Assembly: GCA_045592665.1 (NCBI GenBank)
Contig: JAZNVE010000148.1
Coordinates: 1 to 62,282 of the forward strand
Length of the DNA: 62,282 bases
Direction: 5' to 3'
Source of the DNA: Acutalibacteraceae bacterium
Lineage (GTDB): Bacteria; Bacillota; Clostridia; Oscillospirales; Acutalibacteraceae
Below, piece by piece: positions 1 through 9,720 of the stretch. A model generated the notes under the pieces. That model ran no database searches and had not been told where the DNA came from. It saw only the letters and a program-made list of their open reading frames with translations. Every line of letters begins with the position of its first letter. Within the stretch, counting starts at the first letter, position 1. A program made the translations under genes and the position numbers.

Positions 1-1169
1 ACGATGTAATCATCCGCGCCTTCTACTTCTCCCCAGCTTACCTTTACTCCGCTTCCCGTATTCTGTACCTTGCTGAGCTTGGGTGTTGCAGGTTTAAGCT
101 GAGGGATATCCTCTGTAGCAATCAATTCACCACACAAGGTGCACTCTATATAAGCCCAACCGGGACCGTATACCGTTGCATCCTCTTCAACATACCAGTC
201 GGATTCATAATGACCGGGGCATTCGTCTGCCCAATACTCAATACAGAAATTAACAAGGTATTCATCCTCATCGGTGCGATAGTTATCATCAACTATTGCG
301 TAAATATAGTCGCCCTCATAAAGGTATAAGCCACCGTCAAATTCATAGTCCTCAGAACAACAATCATCGAATTTGATGAAATCCCCGTCATAATATATCT
401 CGATAAACGGGTCACTAACATTATCAAATGACACAAATCTGTAGAAGCCTTCTTCTTCAGCCGTAAAAAAGAATTCATAACCGGCATCGGCCGTATAGTC
501 CACATCTGCTTCTGCATTACCGTATGAAAGAATGCCAAAATTCACGTATGCCCACGAATCAGTAATACTGAATATTATTTCTTCGCCTGCTTCAAGGCTC
601 AGAAAAGCTTCAAACTCGTAATCGTCCTCACTTATATCATCAAATGTTTCAATTGTACCATCTTCAAATTCAACCGTTAAGTAAGGATCGTCATTATCAA
701 AAGAATAGAACTTATATGTTCCGTCTTCCTCTGCTGTAAACTTATATTTAAGACCGGATTCAATTTCGTATTCTTCATCGGCATATACATCTTCGTAAAA
801 TCTTGCTATATAGAAGGATACATCATTGTCCTCACCGTCATCTATAAAGCAATGTATTTCCTCGCCGGCTTCCAGCTCGATAATTGTGCTGAACTCATAA
901 TTAAAATTGTCAAAATCCACATCATCATAAGTGATAATTGTACCGTCGTCAAACTCAACTGTCAACGAAGGGTCAAAGTTATCATATGAAGTGAACTCAT
1001 ACATACCGCTTTCGTCAGGACAAAACCAAAAGTCTGTTCCGCTTTCCACGGTGTAGAACTCATCACAATACAGATAATTGCTGTATTCAGCACCTACACT
1101 TAATGAAAGGCATGACATGGCAGAAAATGCCATAATTAATGCCAACATTATGCTAATTACTTTTTTCAT
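1..1169 (-). CDS. secreted repeat protein; partial, C-terminus lies beyond the window start
   Basis: ATG at 1169-1167, preceded by a GGAG RBS. The N-terminus MKKVISIMLALIMAFSAMSCLSLSVGA looks like a signal peptide. My hand translation stays open to base 1. Three ~95-aa internal repeats (G.Y.F.S.DN.DP.LTVEF.DGTI...LEAGEEI) resemble pre-peptidase C-terminal type beta-sandwich repeats. Absent from the ORF track because there is no stop codon in the window. Confidence 0.7.
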   Translation of the reverse strand, partial: MKKVISIMLALIMAFSAMSCLSLSVGAEYSNYLYCDEFYTVESGTDFWFCPDESGMYEFTSYDNFDPSLTVEFDDGTIITYDDVDFDNFNYEFSTIIELEAGEEIHCFIDDGEDNDVSFYIARFYEDVYADEEYEIESGLKYKFTAEEDGTYKFYSFDNDDPYLTVEFEDGTIETFDDISEDDYEFEAFLSLEAGEEIIFSITDSWAYVNFGILSYGNAEADVDYTADAGYEFFFTAEEEGFYRFVSFDNVSDPFIEIYYDGDFIKFDDCCSEDYEFDGGLYLYEGDYIYAIVDDNYRTDEDEYLVNFCIEYWADECPGHYESDWYVEEDATVYGPGWAYIECTLCGELIATEDIPQLKPATPKLSKVQNTGSGVKVSWGEVEGADDYI

Positions 1170-1378
1170 TTTAAATCTCCTTTGAAAAATAATTACAAAA
1201 ACTCCGCAGATTTTGAGTTGCAGAGCCTTTTTTATATTAAATCACTCTTTTTTAATCAAATCTATTCTATGCCACAGTACACTTTCGAAAATTTTTCTTT
1301 TTTGACGTTTTTATTATATTGACTTTGTCTTTGAAATACTTTATCTTAGATATATTGGATGTTTAAGGTGGGTTTATA

Positions 1379-2956
1379 TTGTACAAAAAATGTTCCAAAT
1401 GTGGCGCAGAAATTCCTAAGGAAGCAGCTTTCTGTCTTAAATGCTTTTCCTCTCTCGAGGTGGCTGCACCACTGGAAAAAAAGAAAAAATCATCTGTATT
1501 TTTTATGATACGCTCTCACATACTAAAGCTTTTTAAATCCCGATATTTCCGGTTAGGTTTTTCGGGTTTGGTGGGCTTCTTTTTGGTTTTAGGTGCTTGT
1601 ATTTTACTTATGAAATATGTAAATAAAACACCCCAACCCATAGTGCCCGAAACGAGCATTATACATTTAACCGAAACAATTCCCGTTACCCAAAGCAACG
1701 GTGAATTTGTAACCGAAGATAACGGTGAACAGGTTTTTGATGTGGTGGAGGTTACACAAACCGTTACGCTTGCACCCACGTCAACTACCGAAAAACAGGG
1801 CTTCTTAGAAACGCTTTTCAACACCAAAACTACCTCGTCGGACAGCCCAAAGACGACCTCTTCAAAAGTCGAAGAGGAAACAGATAAAAAAGGCTTCTGG
1901 GAGAACATTTTCGGTACAGATGACACAACTGAAAAAACGACCGAAGCTACCGTTCCCGCAACAACTAAACCCGTAAGCACTGCCCCCACCACAGCTGTCA
2001 GCACAACCGCAACAACTGCCGATATCACCTCAGCACCCACTACCCTGCCACCCACAACTACTGGTCAGGTATCTGCTAAGGATTTTGAATATACTATTTC
2101 AGGAAAATATGCCACCATCTCGAAATACACCGGAAATTCTTCAAATGTTATCATTCCCGCGGTAATTGAAAATTATCCTGTTACAAGAATCCAAAAAAAC
2201 ACTTTTCAAAACAACAGCTCTGTTGTAAATGTTTCATTTGAAAACAACAGTAAGCAACCCTATTTATGGATAGAGCCCGAGACCTTTAACAGTTGTCCGA
2301 ATCTCAGATTTATAAATTTTTCGGAAACAGACCTGGGTATAATGAATAATTTTGCCACCAACTGTCTGAGTATGGAAAACATAAGTGTAACCGGCTTTCA
2401 ATTTAAGTGTATCGACGGTACATTGTATTACAACACAGGCTCCACCTGGAAGGTACGCTATCATTGCCCCGCAAACCCCGTAACGGAAATAAGACTTCCA
2501 AACAACTGTGGCGGATTTGAATCTGCCATAAACCTTAAAGAAGCGCGAAACATAAAGAATATTTATATGAGCAAAAACGCTGTTTCCTATCCATCGTCAG
2601 ATCAATTGCCTCCTAATTGTGAAAATGTTTTTGTGGAATCAGGTAATGACAAAGGTTATGACGTGGGTGGTGTAGCCTTTTTCAAAAACGGCGCCAGGTA
2701 TATATGTATTTATCCTCCCAAAAACAAAACCCAATCCATTACACTGCCCGAAAACACATTGATTTATTGTAACCAAATCAATAACCCATATTTAAAAACT
2801 CTTTATATGCCGTCAACAAGTACCATACAATATCTTGACAATGTTCTGTCAAAGAAATGCTTTTCATCTCTCGAAAACCTTTACTTCGGCGCAGAGCATT
2901 CCAAGGCAAGTTATGTATTACAACACAGCGATGTGGCTAACACACAATTATATTAG
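1379..2956 (+). CDS. membrane-anchored protein: zinc ribbon, Thr-rich linker, BspA-type leucine-rich repeats
   Basis: TTG start 7 nt after AAGGTGG. N-terminal CSKCG...CLKCF zinc-ribbon motif, one TM (FSGLVGFFLVLGACILLM) and a T/S/P-rich linker. The C-terminal repeats (IPAVIENYPVTRIQKNTFQNNSSVVNVSF) look like BspA-like LRRs. Confidence 0.75.
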   Translation: MYKKCSKCGAEIPKEAAFCLKCFSSLEVAAPLEKKKKSSVFFMIRSHILKLFKSRYFRLGFSGLVGFFLVLGACILLMKYVNKTPQPIVPETSIIHLTETIPVTQSNGEFVTEDNGEQVFDVVEVTQTVTLAPTSTTEKQGFLETLFNTKTTSSDSPKTTSSKVEEETDKKGFWENIFGTDDTTEKTTEATVPATTKPVSTAPTTAVSTTATTADITSAPTTLPPTTTGQVSAKDFEYTISGKYATISKYTGNSSNVIIPAVIENYPVTRIQKNTFQNNSSVVNVSFENNSKQPYLWIEPETFNSCPNLRFINFSETDLGIMNNFATNCLSMENISVTGFQFKCIDGTLYYNTGSTWKVRYHCPANPVTEIRLPNNCGGFESAINLKEARNIKNIYMSKNAVSYPSSDQLPPNCENVFVESGNDKGYDVGGVAFFKNGARYICIYPPKNKTQSITLPENTLIYCNQINNPYLKTLYMPSTSTIQYLDNVLSKKCFSSLENLYFGAEHSKASYVLQHSDVANTQLY

Positions 2957-2966
2957 GGAGAATTTT

Positions 2967-3401
2967 ATGAATTACAAACGTACCGAGGACTTACTCGAAC
3001 AATTAAAATTACAAAATATCAGCTACGAGGATTACCTTTCCGACAACGAGGATTCCTTTGTGATAACAGATTTATCCGACTTCTGGAAAAAAACCATCAA
3101 AAAAAGTAAAATGGCAAAAATTGATATTATAAACGGCGCTGACATAGGCTACACCTATTTTTATAATATTATCGCCGGAAAAAGTATTCCTGCAAGAGAT
3201 ACAATTATAAAAATATATTTAAGTATGGGGCTCTGCTTAGACGATTGTCAAAATGCACTTAACCTCTACAAATGGTCATATCTTCATCCAAAAAACAAAA
3301 GAGACAGTATTCTTATTTATGCCTTAGCTCATAAATTATCCTTATACGAGGTTGAAGATATGCTCGTATCCCAGAGCGAAAAAGGATTCAAAGCATTATG
3401 A
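2967..3401 (+). CDS. HTH-like (XRE-type pattern) small protein, paralog of 6206..6631
   Basis: I chose the ATG at 2967 (RBS AGGGAG 7 nt upstream) over the track start at 2835, which overlaps the previous gene. The segment ADIGYTYFYNIIAGKSIPARDTIIKIYLSMGL...RDSILIYALAHKLSL aligns by eye with ADISYTYFYDILKGKKHPSRDVLIKICIAMEL...RDSIILYAISHNLDL of 6206..6631. Confidence 0.7.
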   Translation: MNYKRTEDLLEQLKLQNISYEDYLSDNEDSFVITDLSDFWKKTIKKSKMAKIDIINGADIGYTYFYNIIAGKSIPARDTIIKIYLSMGLCLDDCQNALNLYKWSYLHPKNKRDSILIYALAHKLSLYEVEDMLVSQSEKGFKAL

Positions 3402-4129
3402 GTCATTATGAAAGCTTTATAAAATCAACACTGCAAGAGGACTACGCTCACCTTGAATGCTTAAAAGATGATTCTTCTGTAAAAATTGATGTTTATAAGC
3501 ACAATTGCTCGGATAATAAGCTTGTTTGCATTTATTCACAGAACCGTAATGACCATATTTTCAGATTGTTAAAAGGTATCGTTTCACCCAACCTCCCTAT
3601 AGTGTACGACGTTTGCTCCTGCGAAAAACACGTCTTGATATTAGAGAGCTATGTGGAGGGTAAAAATCTTGGCGACATTCTTAAAACAACCCCTTTGAAC
3701 ACAAAAACAGCCGTTAAATATGCCCTGCAAATTTGTGAAGCACTAAAATTCCTTCATTCAAAACAGATAATGCACAGGGACATAAAACCTGAAAATGTAA
3801 TTATTACACCCGATGATACCGCTGTACTTATCGACCTGTCTGCCGCACGTCTTCTTACAGACACCGATCAAAAGGATACGGTCAGTCTGGGAACCGTGGG
3901 CTATGCCGCACCCGAGCAATACGGTATACATCAATCAACTCCCCCTACTGATATCTACGCACTCGGAGTACTTCTTAATGAATTGGCAGTCGGTTGTCAC
4001 CCGACACTAAAAACGCCAACCGGTAAATTAGGTAAAATTATAAAAAAGTGCACCGAAACCCAGATATATAACAGATATCAAACTGTCGAAAAGCTTATAA
4101 ATGACCTTAAAAAAATTAAACACTTTTAA
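3398..4129 (+). CDS. Hanks-type Ser/Thr kinase-like protein with a degenerate N-lobe (possible pseudokinase)
   Basis: ATGA overlap with the upstream gene. C-lobe motifs HRDIKPENV and GTVGYAAPEQ are present. I see no GxGxxG loop and no VAIK lysine (LVCIYS instead), and DFG is replaced by DLS. Confidence 0.75.
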   Translation: MSHYESFIKSTLQEDYAHLECLKDDSSVKIDVYKHNCSDNKLVCIYSQNRNDHIFRLLKGIVSPNLPIVYDVCSCEKHVLILESYVEGKNLGDILKTTPLNTKTAVKYALQICEALKFLHSKQIMHRDIKPENVIITPDDTAVLIDLSAARLLTDTDQKDTVSLGTVGYAAPEQYGIHQSTPPTDIYALGVLLNELAVGCHPTLKTPTGKLGKIIKKCTETQIYNRYQTVEKLINDLKKIKHF

Positions 4130-4183
4130 AATCAGCGCTTATGCGTGTAGCTTTTTAGCTTTAAATGTACTATGCAAGGGTAT

Positions 4184-4211
4184 TTGTAAATATTTTTCAT
4201 AATGATATAAT
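4184..4211 (+). promoter_or_regulatory. sigma-A-like promoter (TTGTAA-N16-TGaTATAAT)
   Basis: TTGTAA at 4184-4189, a 16-nt spacer, then an extended -10 TGATATAAT ending at 4211. It lies about 30 nt upstream of the 4241 start. Confidence 0.45.
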
Positions 4212-4240
4212 ATATCTATCTTTTAAAAGGAGATGTTTTT

Positions 4241-6169
4241 ATGAGAATGAAAAAAACTTTTGCGTTACTTCTTGTAGCTGTTATGCTTCTTTCCTTCGCA
4301 GCCTGCGGAGGAAAAGACAACCCCGACAACGAAGTAAACGAATTAACCAAGGGTGCAATGCCCGATAGCCTTATGGTTGAAAAAGTGGGCAGTTTATCAA
4401 CCGATGCTTTTTCAACTGCTGACGGTGGTCTTTATTATCAGGATGAAACCACACAGAAATACGGTGTTATGTCTTTGGACGGTAACTATGATACCGGCGC
4501 AGTATATGTTAACTGTGACCCCAGTGGCTTATACTTCAAGGTCGCTAAAACCAGCAATCGTAAAATCAGCAATGCCGCAACCTTGAATGACACCGGTCTT
4601 ATTGACGGAAAGGGCAATGTTATAATTCCTGAATTATATGCATATGTTCAGAGCATCAGCGACAGATACTTCCTCGCTGTTGAAGCAACTAAAATTGTCG
4701 CTTCCAAGGACAGAGCGCTTGTTGCATACGATGAAGGCGATGTATCCAAGCCTTTAAGTGCAAGCTTAGGTAATGAAGAAGATGACTTTTTGTTTGCAGG
4801 CAAATGGCTTGTTTACGACAAAACCACCGGCAAGCCCGTACCCGGAGTATACGGAACAGCCGATCAGAGTGTTGTTGCATACGGCAATTTCATCGTCTAC
4901 AATGATGATGAGGGTACCCGTCACGTTGTAGATGCAAACGGTAAGGAGCTCACTCATAAAAAGCTTTTTGGTGACGGTTCATATTCCGTGGAGGGTAAAA
5001 TCGGCACCGTTTATGATACGAACGGCGAAAAATTATTCGATTATGACCTCGCTTCCTACATTCCTTTATCCGTCAACGGTAACTACTATACCGCTTCCGT
5101 TTACAAGGATGGCGCAACAGCCTATGTTATAATGGATAAAACAGGTAAGGTTTTATCAACCGAATTTTCTTCAACCCCCTATTTCTATGGTGATTTAATC
5201 AAGGTTGATAATACTGTTTATGATGTTACAGGTAAAAATATAATTAAGGGCTCCTATGAGCACATCGCCCATAACGCAATGTTTGGTGATTACTACTTCC
5301 TCAACAATAACGACACTTACACATTGATTAACTCAAAGGGTGACGTTTTGTTTGAAGATACAGAAACCAAGAATAAAACAATTTATACTGACGAATTTGT
5401 GGCTTATGATAAGACGGAAGACAATAATATGTATTATTCATATAAGGATGCCGATTACACAATTGCCGGCTACAGCTTCGCACCCTGGCTTGTCAAAACA
5501 GCATCAACCAATAATCTCTACAATATTGTCAACGTAATTTCAGGCGAAACCGTGCTTGAAAACTACAATTCCTATACATACACAACCGTACGTGGTACTG
5601 CCTACTACGTTTACGCAAAGTATAACGGCGGTACAGACGTTTACCTTATTGTTAACGAAGCTCAGCTTAAAGAAATGATGGATAAAAAAGATAAGCTTCT
5701 CAGCGACCTTATCGCAAGCTTCGAAAAAGAAGGTATCACAGTCACAGTCAACAAGGAGACCGGCGAGCTTTCAATGGATTCCTCCGTATTGTTCGGTGGC
5801 GACTCCGCAGAGCTTACCGCGGACGGTAAAGCCTTCCTTGATAAGTTTGTAAAAGCATACACCGCAATAGCATATTCCGATGAATATGACGGTTTCATTT
5901 CAAAAACCTTCGTTGAAGGCCACACAGCACCCACAGCGGATGCAACCTACGCAAGCGATATGCAGCTTTCAGTCGACAGAGCAACAAATGTTAAAAATTA
6001 TTGCGTTTCAAACACTGACGGTGCCGCAGTTAAGCATTTCGTTGAAAATCTTGAAGCTGTGGGCTACTCAAACAGCCAGCCCGTCTATGCAGCGGACGGT
6101 AGTGTGGATATGGATGCTTCCCGTCGTGTTTCCTTCCGTTTTATGCTTAACATAGACCTTTTAAACTGA
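4241..6169 (+). CDS. lipoprotein with WG-like repeats and a C-terminal OmpA/MotB-like peptidoglycan-binding domain
   Basis: AGGAG RBS. Signal peptide plus lipobox (LLSFAAC). Repeated D..GK.i....Y units. The C-terminus (SVLFGGDSAELTADGKAFLDKF...VEGHT...LSVDRATNVKNY...RRVSFRF) has an OmpA-family pattern. Confidence 0.8.
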   Translation: MRMKKTFALLLVAVMLLSFAACGGKDNPDNEVNELTKGAMPDSLMVEKVGSLSTDAFSTADGGLYYQDETTQKYGVMSLDGNYDTGAVYVNCDPSGLYFKVAKTSNRKISNAATLNDTGLIDGKGNVIIPELYAYVQSISDRYFLAVEATKIVASKDRALVAYDEGDVSKPLSASLGNEEDDFLFAGKWLVYDKTTGKPVPGVYGTADQSVVAYGNFIVYNDDEGTRHVVDANGKELTHKKLFGDGSYSVEGKIGTVYDTNGEKLFDYDLASYIPLSVNGNYYTASVYKDGATAYVIMDKTGKVLSTEFSSTPYFYGDLIKVDNTVYDVTGKNIIKGSYEHIAHNAMFGDYYFLNNNDTYTLINSKGDVLFEDTETKNKTIYTDEFVAYDKTEDNNMYYSYKDADYTIAGYSFAPWLVKTASTNNLYNIVNVISGETVLENYNSYTYTTVRGTAYYVYAKYNGGTDVYLIVNEAQLKEMMDKKDKLLSDLIASFEKEGITVTVNKETGELSMDSSVLFGGDSAELTADGKAFLDKFVKAYTAIAYSDEYDGFISKTFVEGHTAPTADATYASDMQLSVDRATNVKNYCVSNTDGAAVKHFVENLEAVGYSNSQPVYAADGSVDMDASRRVSFRFMLNIDLLN

Positions 6170-6205
6170 TGAGCTGATAATTCGTATATTCGAAGAGGGG
6201 AACTT

Positions 6206-6631
6206 ATGAGCAGACTTGCGGAACGTCTTTTATCACAATTATCTCAGCCCGAAAAATCATACGAGGATTTCTGGAAGGAATACGGGCTTATAATCAAAGA
6301 AAAAAAGCCTGAAGGCTTCTGGAAAAAGGTATTCGAAAAAACTACCATACCTAAAAATACAATCATAAGCAGGGCGGATATAAGCTATACATATTTTTAT
6401 GATATTCTCAAAGGGAAAAAACACCCCTCTCGGGATGTTTTAATAAAAATCTGTATTGCTATGGAGCTTCCCCTTAAAACCTGTCAAAAGGCATTGGATG
6501 TGTATGATTGGGCTCCCTTAACAGCAACAATACATAGGGACAGTATCATTTTGTACGCCATCTCACACAACCTTGACCTCGACGAAACACAGGAGCTTTT
6601 AGAATCCCATTCATTAAAAGCCTTGTGGTAG
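6206..6631 (+). CDS. HTH-like small protein, paralog of 2967..3401
   Basis: RBS GAGGGGA. Colinear similarity to 2967..3401 over the C-terminal ~90 aa. Confidence 0.75.
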   Translation: MSRLAERLLSQLSQPEKSYEDFWKEYGLIIKEKKPEGFWKKVFEKTTIPKNTIISRADISYTYFYDILKGKKHPSRDVLIKICIAMELPLKTCQKALDVYDWAPLTATIHRDSIILYAISHNLDLDETQELLESHSLKALW

Positions 6632-6642
6632 ATTTACCACAT

Positions 6643-6676
6643 AAAAAAAGCAACCGATTTTCTCGGTTGCTTTTTG
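6643..6676. terminator. bidirectional intrinsic terminator between convergent genes
   Basis: Stem gcaaccga (6650-6657) / tcggttgc (6663-6670), flanked by an A-run and a T-run. Confidence 0.7.
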
Positions 6677-6699
6677 TTTAATAAATATACCATAACAAA

Positions 6700-8394
6700 T
6701 TAAGGATTGTCCTTATATGTATATATCGTTCCGTTATAGTTTATAAAACCGACCTCTGTCATATTTTTGATTTTGCCATCACCAGGATCTATAACCAAAA
6801 AATCTTGGGGTTGCAAATTATTTCTATCTGCTCCTTCTGTAACCCCAACTATAGTGACTGCATGTTTACCGCTTATCCTGTTGCCGTTATAAGCATAAAA
6901 CATAGATGGTTTACCCTTTTGAAGCTCATCGTAAGCAACCAACAACGGTTGATTGCTTGTAATTTTATCATATCCATGATATACCGCACCATTTGGACCC
7001 CAATAAGGAGGTTTTGTAGGATCATATTTCTTTCCTGTCATCATAGACAAACCCATACACCATGCAGTTGAGGTGCAGTTCCCACTCAAATCTTGTTTGT
7101 CAGCATATTGCTGAAAAAATTCAACAGTTGAAAATGTTGTATTATTATGTACATACGTAGGATAAATAGAATCTCTGATTTTTTCCAGTTTTGCACGGAT
7201 TGTACTATGCAAATCGTCACATTTACCCTTTACTTCATTGGCATATTGAGTATCCAAGTTATAAACATTGTTAAATATTTTTTCAATGTCCTTAGTACTG
7301 GCATCGTTCATATCAATTAACTTGCGATAATATTTATCTACATTACCACTATAACGATCCCAGTCTGCTGACAAACCGCCAAAAAATTTATCAACTTTAT
7401 ACCAGCAATCCCATCTGCTGATTTGCCACCATTTTTCTTCTTCCGTTTCCTTAGCTGCTTCAATCAACATTGCCTTTGCTTCTACGCTGAAATCACGACA
7501 TATAGCTTTTGCTTCTTTTTTTCTCCATTTCGAAAAACCAGAAGCAAAAATAAACGGTGTGAAAAAAACATTGGTGGTATCAGTTCCTTTATCTAAGATA
7601 TAGCCCAAAATCGTTTTATCTTTTCTTCCGGTGTGATTCCTTTTAAAATTTTCACCACTATTTGAGGGAACCAAACACCCCATCCCATGGGCATCTATAC
7701 CGAAAAAATGGAAAAGATCCCAACCTTTACACTCCAATATAACGATGTTGCCGGGCACATTAAAACACTCTGACACACAATCTCTTTCGTTTTGGAATGA
7801 GGTCATTTTATCTTCAATACGAGAGATTCTGAAAGCGTTACTAACTAAAAAAGCGTCATTGAACCCGGGAGCATTAAAAGTAACACAAGCTGTAAGTTTG
7901 TTCGGATTACTTAAAATAATTGCACCGTACATAGCTAAATTACCACCCAAAGAATGTCCGGTAAAGGAATACCCCTTATAGTTTTGTTTTTCCAAACGCT
8001 CAACAAATTTTTTCATTTGCTCCTGCTGCCCTGTCTGCAAGCTGACCGCCAACTCTACGTCCGATTTAACGTCCTTTTTGGAATCATAATCTAAGCTGAA
8101 TCCTTCTGTTCCTCGGCATGCTACCGTTACCTCGTTATTGGGATCTGCAACTGCAAAAGCGGCAAAACCGGTGCCATATTTATCGTTCTGTGTCTGTACA
8201 ATGTTATAACCCTTTCCCTTAACCTTCTTAAGTAAAGCATCTAAGGCATTTTTATATCCTTCTCCTAAGGCTTCTAATAGCATTTTTTTACTATCATTTA
8301 AAAAGGTATAGAGTGATTTTGGCTCGGCACTGTCTGGTAGCTTTAGATATGCCGCTTGAGAAAGGATCGCCATTTCAATTTCTGTAAATGCCAT
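6700..8394 (-). CDS. module 4 effector candidate: N-terminal class-3 lipase/DUF2974-like alpha/beta hydrolase, central helical region, C-terminal papain-fold cysteine peptidase; no LXG N-terminus
   Basis: RBS AAGGAG; the start lies 4 nt after the upstream stop. GHSLGG nucleophile elbow at FTGHSLGGNL. Helical segment at about aa 300-420. C-terminal Cys...His...Asp candidates: GNCTSTAWCMG, GKHAVTIVGV, VIDPGDG. Confidence 0.8.
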   Translation of the reverse strand: MAFTEIEMAILSQAAYLKLPDSAEPKSLYTFLNDSKKMLLEALGEGYKNALDALLKKVKGKGYNIVQTQNDKYGTGFAAFAVADPNNEVTVACRGTEGFSLDYDSKKDVKSDVELAVSLQTGQQEQMKKFVERLEKQNYKGYSFTGHSLGGNLAMYGAIILSNPNKLTACVTFNAPGFNDAFLVSNAFRISRIEDKMTSFQNERDCVSECFNVPGNIVILECKGWDLFHFFGIDAHGMGCLVPSNSGENFKRNHTGRKDKTILGYILDKGTDTTNVFFTPFIFASGFSKWRKKEAKAICRDFSVEAKAMLIEAAKETEEEKWWQISRWDCWYKVDKFFGGLSADWDRYSGNVDKYYRKLIDMNDASTKDIEKIFNNVYNLDTQYANEVKGKCDDLHSTIRAKLEKIRDSIYPTYVHNNTTFSTVEFFQQYADKQDLSGNCTSTAWCMGLSMMTGKKYDPTKPPYWGPNGAVYHGYDKITSNQPLLVAYDELQKGKPSMFYAYNGNRISGKHAVTIVGVTEGADRNNLQPQDFLVIDPGDGKIKNMTEVGFINYNGTIYTYKDNP

Positions 8395-8398
8395 ACCA

Positions 8399-9079
8399 TC
8401 ACTCCTTGATCACTCTTTTATCCTGTAGTATTTTTTCACTGTACAAAGTAAATTCTATCCGTTCAGCAAAATCGCTACTAATAAGATAGTTTCCAAAATC
8501 AAATTGATTTTCGTCATATGTCTGCTGAATCTGTTCCACATCAAAATCTTTTTTTACTACATAGTACACATAACCGGTATGCGGAGAATATTTTTTTAAT
8601 AATTTCTCAGCAAGTTCCTGCATTGAGTCAGTACAAACCCCATCAGTTACGATATATATTTTAATATATGCATCCGCATTCATCAAGCTACTCTGCCAAT
8701 CAGCCTTAAACATAGGCTGCTCATATCGAAATACCACCCGACACCTAACAAAAATATTATCACCGCTATGTCCAGTAAATTTGCTAAGAAGAATATTTTG
8801 CAATAGAACCTCAACATATTCATCCGTTATGTTATATTTTTGTAAATCTACTTCATCAAAATCGTCTTCATCCACATCTTCCTGAGTACAATAAACAACA
8901 AATTCGTCTGAAAAATCTTTGCTGAAACAAAGTGCACGAATCGATATTCCATTCATGCCATCAAACTCCTTATAGATTTCCTTCACAGTAAATTCTGTAT
9001 GATATTTTTCTTCCAAACAGGTTAAAATTTTGTCTGTAATCTGTACATTATTTTCTAAATTCACACAACCCACCCCCAA
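8399..9079 (-). CDS. acidic cytoplasmic protein of unknown function (chaperone or immunity candidate for the 6700..8394 effector)
   Basis: Long ORF, tightly coupled to the downstream effector gene. No signal peptide or TM. The start is uncertain: TTG at 9079, or GTG at 9064 after GGGGGTGGG. Confidence 0.6.
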   Translation of the reverse strand: MGVGCVNLENNVQITDKILTCLEEKYHTEFTVKEIYKEFDGMNGISIRALCFSKDFSDEFVVYCTQEDVDEDDFDEVDLQKYNITDEYVEVLLQNILLSKFTGHSGDNIFVRCRVVFRYEQPMFKADWQSSLMNADAYIKIYIVTDGVCTDSMQELAEKLLKKYSPHTGYVYYVVKKDFDVEQIQQTYDENQFDFGNYLISSDFAERIEFTLYSEKILQDKRVIKE

Positions 9080-9121
9080 GAAATTAATGTCAATAACCTA
9101 AAAGCGCCACCAAAATATAAC

Positions 9122-9415
9122 TTAATCTTTTCCTATTTCATCTGCCATCTTTGCCGTAGTCAAATCTGATATTTCAAATTGAACACCAGCTTGCTCAAGT
9201 GCTTTCGCCGTTTGCTCCACCACTTCATCCATAACCAACTCAATTGCTTTCATTTCATTAAAAAAACAATTGATTGAATCTGCCATATCACCATAACTTT
9301 CACTGATAAGCTTTGACCTGTTTCTGTATTTTGCAAACCCAGTTATTATTCCTCGAATATTTGAAATCAGTTCTGTTAATTCTGATTGAATAACTTTTAT
9401 TTCAGTATTACCCAT
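9122..9415 (-). CDS. small helical Lap1-like (TIGR04197/DUF3130-like pattern) T7SS accessory protein
   Basis: RBS AAAGGAGAAGG. 97 aa, all-helical pattern. N-terminal EIKV and a C-terminal AGVQFEISDLTTAKMA motif, comparable to the three other ~90-aa module proteins. Confidence 0.7.
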   Translation of the reverse strand: MGNTEIKVIQSELTELISNIRGIITGFAKYRNRSKLISESYGDMADSINCFFNEMKAIELVMDEVVEQTAKALEQAGVQFEISDLTTAKMADEIGKD

Positions 9416-9426
9416 AACCTTCTCCT

Positions 9427-9720
9427 TTAATATAAAAACTGGTCAGCAGAATCCACGTCTGCAATGTACTTTCTGCAAGAATCCTGTACCTCGCTGGTAA
9501 TAATATTCAACGGTTCTTGCAACGCAGTCATCTGTTCACATAGAGATGACAACTTTTTCGACAACCGCTGACTTTGTATTCCGTTCCGGGTAATTTCAGA
9601 AACTCCCTCAACATAGAGAGTAATTACATCATTAAGTTGTAGACTATACTCCGCTATATCTTTAGCCGCAGTTTGAAATTCCGCATCCTTGATTACAACG
9701 CCCTTCTGGATATTAGACAT
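9427..9720 (-). CDS. stand-alone LXG-N-terminus-like helical protein
   Basis: ATG at 9720, 9 nt after AGGAGG; the track start at 9729 is a TTG too close to the RBS. The sequence ...ITRNGIQSQRLSKKL...RKYIADVDSADQFLY aligns by eye with the first ~100 aa of the 13412..15166 protein (...AVTGQTADVIKDL...NSFLKDIDKADDILF). Confidence 0.65.
   Translation of the reverse strand: MSNIQKGVVIKDAEFQTAAKDIAEYSLQLNDVITLYVEGVSEITRNGIQSQRLSKKLSSLCEQMTALQEPLNIITSEVQDSCRKYIADVDSADQFLY

Noticed and set aside
1516-2055. 179-aa minus-strand ORF.
   Set aside because: It is antisense to the Thr-rich linker of the 1379..2956 gene. Its low-complexity V/T/S composition mirrors the sense strand, and it has no RBS.
2835-2966. 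Upstream extension of the HTH-like ORF (track start at 2835).
   Set aside because: It overlaps the end of the 1379..2956 gene in another frame. The ATG at 2967 has an AGGGAG RBS, and the paralog at 6206 starts at the equivalent position.
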